A stretch of 64,000 nt of DNA from the human T2T-CHM13v2.0 reference genome, Homo sapiens: NCBI RefSeq assembly GCF_009914755.1, contig NC_060928.1; one strand, given 5' to 3'. Shown piece by piece: positions 47,753 to 58,913 of the stretch. The notes under the pieces are model-generated. The model was not told the origin of the DNA and searched no databases. It saw nothing but the letters and a program-made list of their open reading frames with translations. Made by a program: the position numbers and the translations under genes. Each line of letters begins with the position of its first letter. Within the stretch, counting starts at the first letter, position 1.

Positions 47753-48034
47753 GTGTTGTTTTAAGATGCTAAGTTTTGTGGTACTTTGGTTGCAGCACTA
47801 GATACCTAATATCCCTATATAGTGCTTAACACAAAGTGATTGCTCAGATAAATATTAATTTTCTCTCCATCCTCAGTTATATTTATTTTTTAATGTGATT
47901 TTTGCCCAAAGGCAATTCTTTGAAGCATTGTTTATTATAACACACACGGGATTGGCTCACACTTGGCTTATGTTTCCTTTGGTCATCATTATTCTCTTGT
48001 TTTGGTTCAGTTTCTTCAACAATACTAAACACTG

Positions 48035-48145
48035 CTTATGAAGTCCCTACATGCAGCAAGCAGAGTATGTACCAAGCACCTTATCCATATTATCACATCT
48101 AATCTTCATAAAATCCCTGAAAGGTGACTGTTATTTCCTTCATTT
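48035..48145 (-). mobile_element. MIR fragment, target of the provirus (continues 55695-55760)
   Basis: tctaatcttcataaaatccctgaaaggtgactgttatttccttcATTT | cacaggtgaggacactg reconstructs the reverse MIR core. Confidence 0.65.
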
Positions 48146-48596
48146 TAAGGGAGGAGACCACCACTCATATTGTCTTATGCCTAATTTCTGCCTCCAAAGA
48201 AAGAAAAAGTAAAAACTAAAAGGCAGAAATGACATCCACAAGCAGACAGCCCAGCACCACACCCTGGGCCAGTAGTTAAAGATCGACCCCTGACCTAATC
48301 AGTTATGTTATCTATAGATTACAGACATTGTATAGAAAAGCACTGTGAAGATCCCTATCCTGTTTTGTTCCGATCTAATTACCGGTGCATGCAGCCCCCA
48401 GTCATGTACCCCCTGCTTGCTCAATTGATCATGACCCTCTCATGCGCACCCCCTTAGAGTTGTGAGCCCTTAAAACGGACAGGAATTGCTCACTCGGGGA
48501 GCTCAGCTCTTGATACAGGAGTCTTGCTGATGTCCCTGGCCGAATAAACCCCTTCCTTCTTTAACTTGGTGTCTGAGGAGTTTTGTTCCTGCTACA
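48146..48596 (+). promoter_or_regulatory. 5' LTR (LTR2)
   Basis: TAAGGGAGGAGACCACC...cccttaaaa (TATA-like)...AATAAA (48543-48548)...TGCTACA. Confidence 0.93.
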
Positions 48597-48601
48597 TTTC
48601 T

Positions 48602-48619
48602 TGGTTCCCTGACCGGGAA
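48602..48619 (+). other. Primer binding site complementary to the tRNA-Glu 3' end
   Basis: TGGTTCCCTGACCGGGAA directly after the LTR; defines the HERV-E group. Confidence 0.9.
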
Positions 48620-49310
48620 GCGAGATGATTGGCGGATGGTCGAGGCAGCTCCTAAGGCGGCTTAAGCCTGCCCTGTGGAACATCCCTGCGGGGCTGGAAC
48701 ATCCCTCGGGGAACAGCCCGAGCGACACAGATCCTGAGAGCGCTCCCGGGTAGGCATTTGCCCTGGTGGGATACCTTGCCAGAGCAGTGTGTGGCCCCTG
48801 TGGAGGATCAACGCAGTGGCTGAACACCAGGAAGGAACGGGCACTTGGAGTTCAGACATCTAAAACTTGGTAAGACTAGTCTTTGGAATTTGCCCACTCC
48901 ATTTGAGTGGAAGCGTGGCCTGATCACCCATGGCATGCCTTTATCAGCACTTTGGTTTTGGTTTTGGTTTTGACTTGGTTTGAATTGCTTGACAGGACTG
49001 GTCTTGGGAACTTGCCTACTCCATCTGAGTGGAAGTGTGGCCTGATCACCCACGGTCTGCCTGTACCGGCACTTTGGTTTTTGTTTTTGACTTGACTTGG
49101 ATTGCTTGATACTTTGGTTTTTGTTTTGACCTGGCTTGGATTTCTGGATACTCTGATTTTGGTTTTGATTTTGGTTTGGTGCAATCTGCAAAAGTGTGTG
49201 TGTGCTCTTTTTACCCGTTCTTTGTTTTGCGGTGTGCGTGTGGAGTAAGCATGGTGTTTTGTCTCGAAGAAGCACAGGTCAGGCACAAATAAGCCCACCC
49301 TACTAGGAAC

Positions 49311-49560
49311 TATGTTGAAAAATTTCAAAAAAGAATTTAAGGGAGACTATGGAGTACTATGATACCAGGAAAACTTAAAACTTTGTGTAAGATAGACTGG
49401 CCAGCATTAGAGGTAGGTTGGCCATTAGAAGGAAGCCTGGACAGGTCCCTTGTTTCAAAGGTATGGCACAAGGTAACCTGTAAGCCAGGGAACCCAGATC
49501 AGTTCCCATACATAGACACTTGCGGTCACAGCTGGTTTTAGACCCCCTGCCCCCAACACA
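49311..49560 (+). pseudogene. gag: gag matrix remnant (gammaretrovirus-like)
   Basis: KLKTLCKIDWPALEVGWPLEGSLD...GNPDQFPYIDT (MA WP..G.WP..G motif); truncated. Confidence 0.85.
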
Positions 49561-49589
49561 CAGTGGTTGAGAGAAAAGCAGCATAAGCG

Positions 49590-49850
49590 GCTGGCAGAGG
49601 CAAGGGAAGACCAGCAGAGAGAGAGAAAGGAAAGAGACAGAGAGGAAAAGAGGCAAAGAGAGAGAGGAAGAGATAGAGAGGAAGAGACAGACAAAGAGGG
49701 AGTCAAGGAGAGAGAGAGAGAAAGAAAGAGAGAGGCAGAGAGAGAGAGAGGAAGAGACAGAGGCAAAAGGAAAGTCAAAGAGAGAGAGAAAAAGTCAAAG
49801 AGAGAAAGAAAGAGAGATATACAAGTAGTTAACAAAAAAAAGCGTACCCT
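49590..49850. repeat. GA-rich low-complexity tract
   Basis: Direct read; nearly pure purine on the + strand. Confidence 0.9.
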
Positions 49851-51059
49851 ATTCCTTTAAAAGCCAAGGTAAATTTAAAACCTATAATTGATAATTGAAG
49901 GTATTCTCTGTAACCCTATAACACTCCAATACCACTTTGTTTTCAGTGTAAACAAGGGCATATCCCGAAAGCACTGAGGCCTTCCTATCAAAAATCCTTA
50001 ACCCAGTAACCTGCAGATGGCCCAAATGCATTCAATCTGTATGGGAACTGCTTTGCTAACAACAACAACAAAAAAAAGTAAAAAAAATAACTTTTAGAGG
50101 AAACCTCATTGTGAGCACACCTCACCAGTTCAGAAGTATCCTAAGGGAAAAAAAAGGAAAAAGGGGGTGGGGGGGCGGAAATTTATACAAAAAGAGTATT
50201 ATATGGTAAATTCTTGCCCTGAAATAAATTAACTGCTTATTTAAAGAAAGAAATATTTGTAATAAGTCAGAAAGTTGAGGCATGTCGAAGAATTGTCTGC
50301 GAAAGTCATGAAAGAGAAAAATGTTATAAAAAATAACTTATGCAAAAAATGTTGTATAACTTAAAAGTAACTAGGCCTTCTGAATGTAAAACTATTAAAA
50401 AAAAACAGTTGATATGCAAGGTGTATAAGAAAAGTAAAATATACCTTTGGTAAAACGATTATAAGGAGGCATAAGAATGTACATTTTTACCTATGTTAAA
50501 AAGTTAAGAAAATTATTGTTTTGAAAGTTTAAGCAAGTTTTAAAACATTAATTGTAAAGAAAATTCTGTGTGTAAACATATTAGCTAAAGTTAAAGAAGT
50601 ATCATCCAGTTTTCCGTGAACAGGACATTAAAGTAAAAGCATAACAGGTTTTTCTTAAAGCACCAACCTGCTCTTTAGCAAAAATTATAAAAGGTTAAAA
50701 AGAGTCTATAAAATCTTACCTTATGGGTAAACATTAAAAATTAGATAAATATGTCTACAAGGTTTTATTAAAATTAGGTTTAACATTAATAACACACTAA
50801 TATAAAGATAAAATTTAGTTTATCTGGTATAAAAATCATACGAGAAGCACTGTTAAATGTAAAATGGTATTTGGCTTTCTTTGGTTTAAAAACTAATAAA
50901 AATAGGTGCTAAAGGAAATTTCTCAGTAAAAAGGCACTAAGGACAATAAAGTCCACTGCCGAGGTCCCCACATTTAAAACAAAAGGTCAATTTCTTAAAA
51001 ATTGTATACTTGGTTTATCTTCCACTTTCCTTTCTCTCAAAACTAAAAGTCTTTTAGCA

Positions 51060-51340
51060 CATGTACCACCCCTAGAATTTCCGGTAAACCAGCACCAGCC
51101 TGAAGATCGTGTTCCCATCAAAAGGTGGAAAGAAGAAAAACTCGAGCCAGCCTGGGAAGGACCCTACCTTGCGCTGCTAACCACCAAGACTGCTGTTCAT
51201 ACAGCAAAAAAAACAATCAAACAAACAAACAAAAGGATGGACTCATCACACCCGAGTCAAGAAAGCGCCACCCCATCCAGAGTCGTGGGCCATAGTCCCA
51301 GGGGAAAACCCTATCAAACTAAAGCTAAGAAAAATTTAAC
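51060..51340 (+). pseudogene. pol: pol integrase C-terminal remnant
   Basis: Manual translation KLEPAWEGPYLALLTT...GWTHHTRVKKAP (GPY/F module). Confidence 0.8.
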
Positions 51341-51344
51341 TCTT

Positions 51345-52525
51345 TTCATCTATTCTATTACTCTTTCTTCTTTACTCGCTCTATTGCTGACCATCTAGTT
51401 ATTAACATAACCAAGTCAATTTTGCCTCAAACTATTGCATTTCTTGCTTGCCTTGTTAAACCCTGTGAGGACTTGCTAAGTCAAAGACAGCTTTCTACTT
51501 CAGAAAATTACTTCTGTCCCTCCTGACTCTCCTCAGACTGGGCATTAGTAAACTAGGACCATTTAATCCGGGGAGATTTCGATAAAGACCCCAGTGCCAA
51601 CCAGGAGTCTTGCCCCCCGATGTAGAGCTTTCATGCCATAGTTGGTCCAACGTTCTGTGGACCACTAAAGAGCAAGGATGGAAAGCCCCAACCGGTTTTT
51701 GTAATTTCCTAAAACCATACGTTCATTTTACTAAAGAATCATAGAAGTTAAAGACTTAAAACAAACTTTAGCAATTAAGACAGGATATCAAGATGCAAAT
51801 GCCTGGTTAAAATGGATCAAATATTCCATCTGCACATTAAACAAAAGCAATTGTTATGCTTGTGCACATGACAGGCCAGAGGCCCAGATTGTCCCCTTTC
51901 CACTAAGGTGGTCCTCCAGTCGACCAGGCATGGGCTGCATGGTAGCTCTTTTCCAGGATTCTACAGCCTGGAGTAATAAGTCATTCCAAGCTCTCTCTGC
52001 TATATCCCAAATTCTGGCACCCTGCGGGTCAGCCCCTGAGGGCCATCCAGCCTCCGTCTCCCAACACTAAGTTCACTTCGTGTCTCTCATGACAGGGAGG
52101 AAACTTAAAGTTCCTTGGAGACCTGAAAGGATGCAGTGAGCTTAAGAATTTTCAAGAGCTTATCAATCAGTCAGCCCTTGTTCATCCCTGAGCGGATGTG
52201 TGGTGGTATTGTGGTGGACCTTTACTGGGCACTCTGCTGAATAACTGGAGTGGCACTTGTACTTTAGTCCAATTGGCTATCCCTTTCACCCTGGCATTTC
52301 ATCAACCAGAAGGAAAAAAAAAAGACATCATAAAGCGAGAGAAGCCCCTTATGGGTCTTTCAACTCTCATGTCTATTTAGACGCAATTGGAGTCCCACAA
52401 GCAATACCAGATCAATTTAAAGCTTGAAATCAAACAGCTGCAGGATTTCAGTCAATATTTTGGTAGGTGACAGTTAATAAAAATGTAGATTAGATAAACT
52501 ACATCTATTACAACCAACAGCAACG
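51345..52525 (+). pseudogene. env: First env remnant (HERV-I/HERVIP10-like), frameshifted and partial
   Basis: GYQDANAWLKWIKYS...NKSNCYACAH.RPEAQIVPFPL; WWYCGGPLLGTL.NNWSGTCTLVQLAIPFTLAF; DAIGVP.AIPDQFKA; INYIYYNQQ. Confidence 0.7.
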
Positions 52526-52529
52526 AGAT

Positions 52530-53090
52530 TTCCAAGAGTTAAAAGAAAAACTCATGTCGGCCCCAGCCCTGAGGCTACCTGACCTGACAAAACTCTTTAC
52601 ACTCTATGTGTCAGAGAAAAAATGGCAGTTGGAGTTTTAACCCAGACTGTGGGGCCCTGGCCAAGGCCAGTGGCCTATCTCTCAAAACAATTAGACAGGG
52701 TTTCCAAAGCCTGGCCCCCAGGTCTAAGGGCCCTAGCAGCAACGGCCTTGTTAGCACAAGAAGCAGATAAACTAACCCTTAGGCAAAACCTGAATATAAA
52801 GGCCCCCCATGCTGTGGTAACTTTAATGACTACCAAAGGACATCATTGGTAAACAAATACTAGCTTAACCAAGTACCAAAGCTTGCTTTGTGAAAATCCC
52901 CACATAACCATTGAAGTTTGCAACACCCTAAACCCTACCACCTTGCTCCTGGTATCAGAGAGCCCAGTTGAACATAACTGTGTAGAGGTGTTGGACTCAG
53001 TTTATTTTAACAGGCCCAAACTCCGAGACCACCCTTAAACATCAGTAGACTGTCAGCGGTACGTGGACGGGAGCAGCTTTGCCAACCCCT
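52530..53090 (+). pseudogene. pol: pol RT-connection/RNaseH-start remnant (HERV-E type)
   Basis: [18 protein letters not shown]; [25 protein letters not shown]; LTKYQSLLCENP; YVDGSSF. Confidence 0.85.
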
Positions 53091-53168
53091 GCAAAGTGAC
53101 TCTGAAGAAGACGACAAGCCCTGCTCCAGTCACACCCAGAAGCTGACTGGTCCATGCATGGCCAAAGC

Positions 53169-55215
53169 ATGAGAAAACTCATCGTGGGACTCATTTTCCT
53201 TAAAATTTGGCCTTTTACAGTAAGGACTTCAACTGACCTTCCTCAGACTGAGGACTGTTCCCAGTGTATACATCAAGTCAGTGAGGTAGGACAAAAGGTT
53301 GCTACGGTCCTATTATTTTATGGTTATTATAAGTGTACTGGAACTCTAAAAAGAATTTGTTTGTATAATGTTAATCTATACAAGGTTTGTAGCCCAGGAA
53401 ATGACCAACCTGATGTGTGTTATGATCCATCTGAGCCTCCCATGACCACAGTTTTAAAAATAAGATTAAGGACTGAGGACTGGTGGGGGCTCATAAACGA
53501 TATGAGTAAAGTGTTAGCCAAAACAGAAGAAAAAGGGGTGCCCAAACAAGTCATCTTAAAATTTGATGCCTGTACTGTCATTAATAGTAATAAGTTAGGA
53601 ATAAGGTGTGGTTCTCTTAACTAGAAAAGAGGCTATATGGCAGAAAATAAGTACATCTGTCATAAATTAGGACTGTGTGGAAATAAATGTAAACACTGGT
53701 CTTGTGTCATTTAGGCCACTTGGATTAAAAAAAAATGAAAAGGATCCAGTCCACCTTCAGAAAGGAAAAAATGGCCCTTCCTGTACTAAGGGACAATGTA
53801 ACCCCTTAGATCTAGTAATAACCAATCCCCTTAATCCTCGCTGGAAAAAACAGAAGCGTGTGACCTTAGGAATCGATGGGGCCAGACTGGATCCTCGAGT
53901 AAATATCTTAGTTCGAGAAGTTTACAAACGCTCTCCTGAGCCAGTGTTTCAAACTTTCTATGATGAACTAAATGTGCCAGTACCAGAAATTCCAGGAAAA
54001 ACAAGAAATTTGTTTTTGCAATTAGCCGAGCATGTAGCCCAGTCTCTCAATGTCACTTCATGTTATGCATGTGGAGGAAATGTAATAGGAGATCAATGGC
54101 CATGGGAAGCCCGAGAATTAGTACCTACAGACCCAGTTCCTGATGAATTCCTGGCTCAAAAGAATCACCCTGATAATTTCTAAGTCCTAAAAGCCTCAAT
54201 TATTGGACAATATTGCATAGCTAGAGAAGGAAAAGAATTCACTCACCCCATAGGACAACTTAGTTGTCTGAGACAGAAACTGTATAATGGTACCACAAAA
54301 ACAGTCACTTGGTGGAGTTCAAATCACACAGAGAATTTAGTAAATTCCCAAAGTTGCAAACCATGTAGACCCACCCGGAGTCCCACTGGGACTGGACAGC
54401 CCCCAATGGATTATACTGGATATGTAGGCATAGAGCTTACGCCAAATTACCTGACCAGCAGGCAGGTAGTTGTGTTATTGGCACTATCAAACCATCTTTC
54501 TTCCTACTGCCCATAAAAACAGGTGAACTCCTGGGCTTCCCTATCTATGCTTCCTGCGAAAAGAGAAGCATAGCTATAAGAAATTGAAAAAATGATAAAT
54601 GGCCCCCTGAGAGAATCATACAATATTATAGGCCTGCTACTTAGGCACAAGACGGCTCGTGGGGATACCAGACCCCAATTTACATGATCAACCGAATCAT
54701 ACAGTTACAAGCTGTCTTAAAAATAATCACTAATAAAACCGGCAGAGCCTTGACTATTCTGGCCCGGCAAGAAACTCAGATGAGAAATGCTATCTATCAA
54801 AATAGATTAGCTCTCGACTACTTGCTAGCAGCTGAAGGAGAGGTCTGTAGGAAATTTAACCTTACTAATTGCTGCCTACACATAGATAATCAAGGGCAAG
54901 TAGTTGAAGATATAGTTAGAGATATGACAAAACTGGCACATGTGCCCATGCAAGTGTGGCATGGATTTGATCCTGGGGCCATGTTTGGAAAATGGTTCCC
55001 AGTGCTAGGAGGATTTTAAACTCTTATAATAAGAGTTATAATAGTAATAGGAACCCGCTTACTGCTCCCTCGTTTGCTACCTGTACTTCTTCAAATGATA
55101 AAAAGCTTCATCGCTACCTTAGTTCACCAAAAAGTGTACTACATGAATCGCTATCGATCTGTCTTGCAAGAAGACATAGGTAGTAAAAATGAAAGCGAGA
55201 ACTCCCACTATTGAG
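53169..55215 (+). pseudogene. env: Second env (HERV-E/ERV3-like), full span but with several stops and frameshifts
   Basis: Signal peptide MRKLIVGLIFLKIW; SU fragments 53154-54183; furin-like EKR|SIAI near 54557-54580; [18 protein letters not shown] and CX6CC ([10 protein letters not shown]) in 54684-55019. Confidence 0.9.
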
Positions 55216-55225
55216 TGAGAGTCTC

Positions 55226-55237
55226 AAAGTGGGGGAA
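55226..55237 (+). other. Polypurine tract
   Basis: aaagtgggggaa immediately before the 3' LTR. Confidence 0.8.
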
Positions 55238-55694
55238 TAAGGGAGGAGATGACCCCTCACATTGTTTTATGCCCAATTTCTGCCTCCAAAGAAAAAGTAA
55301 AAACTAAAAGGCAGAAATGAAATCCACAAGCAGACAGCCCAGCACCACATCTTGGGCCTGGTAGTTAAAGATCGACCCCTGACCTAATCGGTTATGTTAT
55401 CTATAGATTACAGACAGTGCATAGAAAAGCACTGTGAAAATCCCTGTCCTGTTTTGTTCCGATCTAATTACCGGTGCATGCAGCCCCCAGTCATATACCC
55501 CCTGCTTGCTTAATCGATCACAACCTTCTCACGCTCACTCCCTTAGAGTTGTGAGCCCTTAAAAGGGACAGGAATTGCTCACTCGGGAGCTCGGCTCTTG
55601 AGACAGGAGTCTTGCCGATGGCCCCTGCCGAATAAACCCCTTCCTTCTTTAAGTCCTTGTCTGAGGAGTTTTGTCTGCGGCTTGTCCTGCTACA
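55238..55694 (+). promoter_or_regulatory. 3' LTR (LTR2)
   Basis: Direct repeat of 48146-48596; AATAAA; ends TGCTACA followed by TSD ATTT. Confidence 0.93.
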
Positions 55695-57454
55695 ATTTCA
55701 CAGGTGAGGACACTGCTGTTCTGACAGATTGAACCTCTTTTCCAGGGCCACAGCTAGGTGCTCTAAACTCTCAAAATACAACGGAAAGCCACTTCCAATT
55801 ATGCTCAAAGCTTTTCCCAAGATAAATACTATCTTTATACAAATAGTATATAAAGACTTCCAAGAGGTTATTTCTCTTCTTTCTCCATTTCTTTTCCCTA
55901 GAAAATTCTAGAACATCAAATACCATTCAATCTGTCCTTCTCTGTGTATTGATACTGCAATCTAAGCAATGCCCATGCTGAAGGGCAGTGAGATCAAGTT
56001 GGCATCCTATATGAGGAGATACCTTCATACCCAGCTGTATCTGAAAAAACCTAGACAGCAACTACAATGGACCAGAGTCAGGCCAAATGCTATTGTTACA
56101 ATATGCAAATAAGCCTCTAAAACATTTTTCCTCCTAAGTTAAAGGCTTAGGCAGAAACAGGGCTGAGATTTATGCCCACAAACATCAGGTTCAAAATTAT
56201 GGTTCCCATGACAGTCATAACTTACCCCCAAGCATATAGATAGTATTTTTAGTTGTTAGGTTGTAGCAGGAATGTTGCAGCCTAAAATATATATATGATA
56301 TGTTCAGATTACAGCTAATACAGGACTGGTTTATTTAGATTTCCTTTACTCTAAGGTTGTTTATATTTATACGTAAGCTGATTCACTTGAGTGTGATTTT
56401 TGCACTTAAAGAAATGTGTGCATTTCAAATTCAAGAGGTAATAATTATTTGCAAATTTAAATTAAAGTACTTAGAGCTTAACATAGCCAGTGTTTGAGCT
56501 CAGCACTCGATGACAGGTAGTGGGAATAAGGTAATCTCAAAGCACATTCAAATATTTAAGTTTAGGAGACTCAGGAAGAAGAAGGGCTGTCTTGTTTATA
56601 AGGTAGGAGAGAAGTCTCATGGTTAAAATAAACTATCTAAGCTAATAAATGTGTTTCTTGTAGTATTTTATGTCCTAATGATCCTATACACGCATATAAG
56701 TAATTCCTGTAAATGCATTCATGCATGTAAAGTCATTCTCAAAAACATAGTATAAAGCAGATATGAACATTTAATCTTGAAAACTAGTACATAATCATGT
56801 GCCTGGGCCTGAAAATGAATTCTGAAGAAGGAAGGAGAAACAGGATATGAGACTAAAGGAAGCAATATATATTTAGCTTCCCTCATCTGTTTGGATTCCT
56901 TAGGTACTAGCGGCTACTTTGGGAAAATCGTGAGTGGATTGGCTTCAGGAGATGATTAAATTATCTGAGTCAGTCTCAGACAACGCTGTAGAAATGTACC
57001 TGACACATAGCACTTTTTAAAAACTACTGTAGAAGTATAAGTTTCTGAAATAATGTTTATATATCTAAATTATTCTTTGTCTATAAAGCCACATATTTAA
57101 ATATATGAAGATACTAAATGTTCTTACACACACTGATTTTTTTTTCTTCATTCAAAATTTGAATTATGTGAAAACATTGAGTTCCAGAAGACAATAGGGG
57201 CTATGAGGAGTGAAATATTTGGAATAATTTTAAATGGGTAAGAAACATGGAGAAGGATATTTATAACTTGAAAGTAACATTGTATTTGGTTTTCCTCTGA
57301 GCTTTGACTACTCATTATAAAAATCTTGGATTTTTAAAAATAAAATTTGTTAAAATGATTCAAACTTATGAGACTGAATCAATATGGAAAACCAATCACA
57401 TGTGCAGAGTTGTCTTTCCAAAGGTCCATTAAGTAACAGATATGACTTTTTAAA

Positions 57455-57620
57455 GTGACACTCAAAGTGTGGTTCCCCAGGCCAGCAGCATCAGCATCAT
57501 CCGGAAACACAAAAATGTAAATTTCTTCAGCCTCTCCCCACATCTGCTGAAACATTGTGGGTAGGTTTTAACAAGATCTCCAGGTGATCCTGATGCAGGC
57601 TAAAGTTTGAGAATACCTAG
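57455..57620. mobile_element. MER5A hAT-Charlie element
   Basis: ctcaaagtgtggttcccc...cagcagcatcagcatca...ttttaacaagatctccaggtgatcctgatgca..ctaaagtttgagaa. Confidence 0.85.
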
Positions 57621-58587
57621 TTTAAAAAAATAAATCCAAAGAAGCCCAGAAACCTAGAGTACCATCATCAGAAAAAGTTTTTCAAGCCATTTCTGGAAAT
57701 AGAAAGCAAACCAAATCCAATTCTCCAAGTAACTATACAAGAAAAAACCTACAAATCTTATTATGTGTAAGAGAAAACATCATTAAGGTAGACGCAGTTC
57801 ATGCAAAGGATTATCTTACCAAGAAAAGTGGTCAGGTGTGTTGGGGAACTTAGTGGCCAGTGGACAGGGTGGGAGGTGTTTAAGAAGCTCTTGGTGATTA
57901 ATTAGGCAGCTGTGTTGAATGGCTGACTACTCTCCTCATTTTCTGTGCCCCTCTTCTACCCCACTAATGGTTGCAATATAACTGCTAAAGCTCCAGACCA
58001 CAAAGTAAAAAGTAGAAGACATAAAAATGACAGTATCAACAAACTCGGCTAGAATTATAAATGTGACTATAAATTCCAACACCTAGGACAGAGACAGGCA
58101 AGGTTGTGAACCTACAGAGGATCTACCACATAAGCATAATTATTGTATTCAGAGATTTAAGAATATATTGCATTGGTGAAAACTTTTAAATGTAATTGAC
58201 AAACTAAAAACTCAATTGATGGACTTAATTGCAGAATGGACATAACTGAGGAGTAGATTAGTGAGTTAGGAAATCAAACTAAGCATTGTTAGAAAATTTC
58301 CCAGAGCCAATGTCTTCATGAATTTCTAGTAGGATTTGAAATACATTGATGGAGGAATTTCAGAACACCAAAGACAAAATTTAAAAATCCAAAGAGCTTC
58401 CAAACACACAAAACAGGTTACCTATTTATATTAGCTGAGAATAAGCCCTGTCTGTGGTCTGTCCCTCCACTCTGCAATCACTGAGCAGGTAATGCTAAAC
58501 TCTGAATTTAGGATCATTACGGTTGATTAAAGATTTTCGTCTTCAGGCAGAGAGCTGTAATAATGTGTTAGTGGACTATGTCTCAGC

Positions 58588-58913
58588 ATATTAGTCTGCT
58601 CTGGCTGCTACAATACACTGTTTTAAAGGCTGGAAGTCCAAGATCAGGGTGCCTTCCATTTACGTTCCCCAGTGAGGACTCTTTCAGCTTGCAGACAGCC
58701 ACCTTCTTGCTGTGTCCTCACATGGTGAAGAGAAAGAAAGCTCTGGTCTCTCTTCCTCTTCTTCTAAGGATACAGATCCCATCATGGGAGCCCCATCCTC
58801 ATGACCTCATCTAAATCTAATTACCTCCCAAAGGCCTCGTCCCAAAAGCCATCACTTCAGGTACTGGAGCTCCAACATATGAATTTTGGGAGAACACAAT
58901 TTAGTCCAGAGAA
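58588..58913 (-). mobile_element. MLT1A LTR (internally deleted)
   Basis: ggctggaagtccaagatcagggtgcc...ccctcatgacctcatctaaatctaattacctcccaaaggcc-like segment...caacatatgaattttggg. Confidence 0.85.

Larger units (their letters stand above)
48146..55694 (+). mobile_element. Harlequin (HERV-E-related mosaic, ERV1) provirus with two LTR2 LTRs; defective
   Basis: Paired LTRs, tRNA-Glu PBS, PPT, 4-bp TSD ATTT (48142-48145 / 55695-55698), gag/pol/env remnants. Confidence 0.93.

Noticed and set aside
48146-48151. LTR starting with TA instead of canonical TG
   Set aside because: Both LTRs begin TAAGGG, which is normal for the LTR2 family
48808-49860. Q/N/K-rich, R/E/K-rich and S/L-rich ORFs
   Set aside because: Artefacts of the leader repeats and the GA low-complexity tract
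53154-55215. Intact or domesticated Env (syncytin/ERV3-like gene)
   Set aside because: Multiple in-frame stops and frameshifts split SU and TM (e.g. 53622, 54181, 55017)
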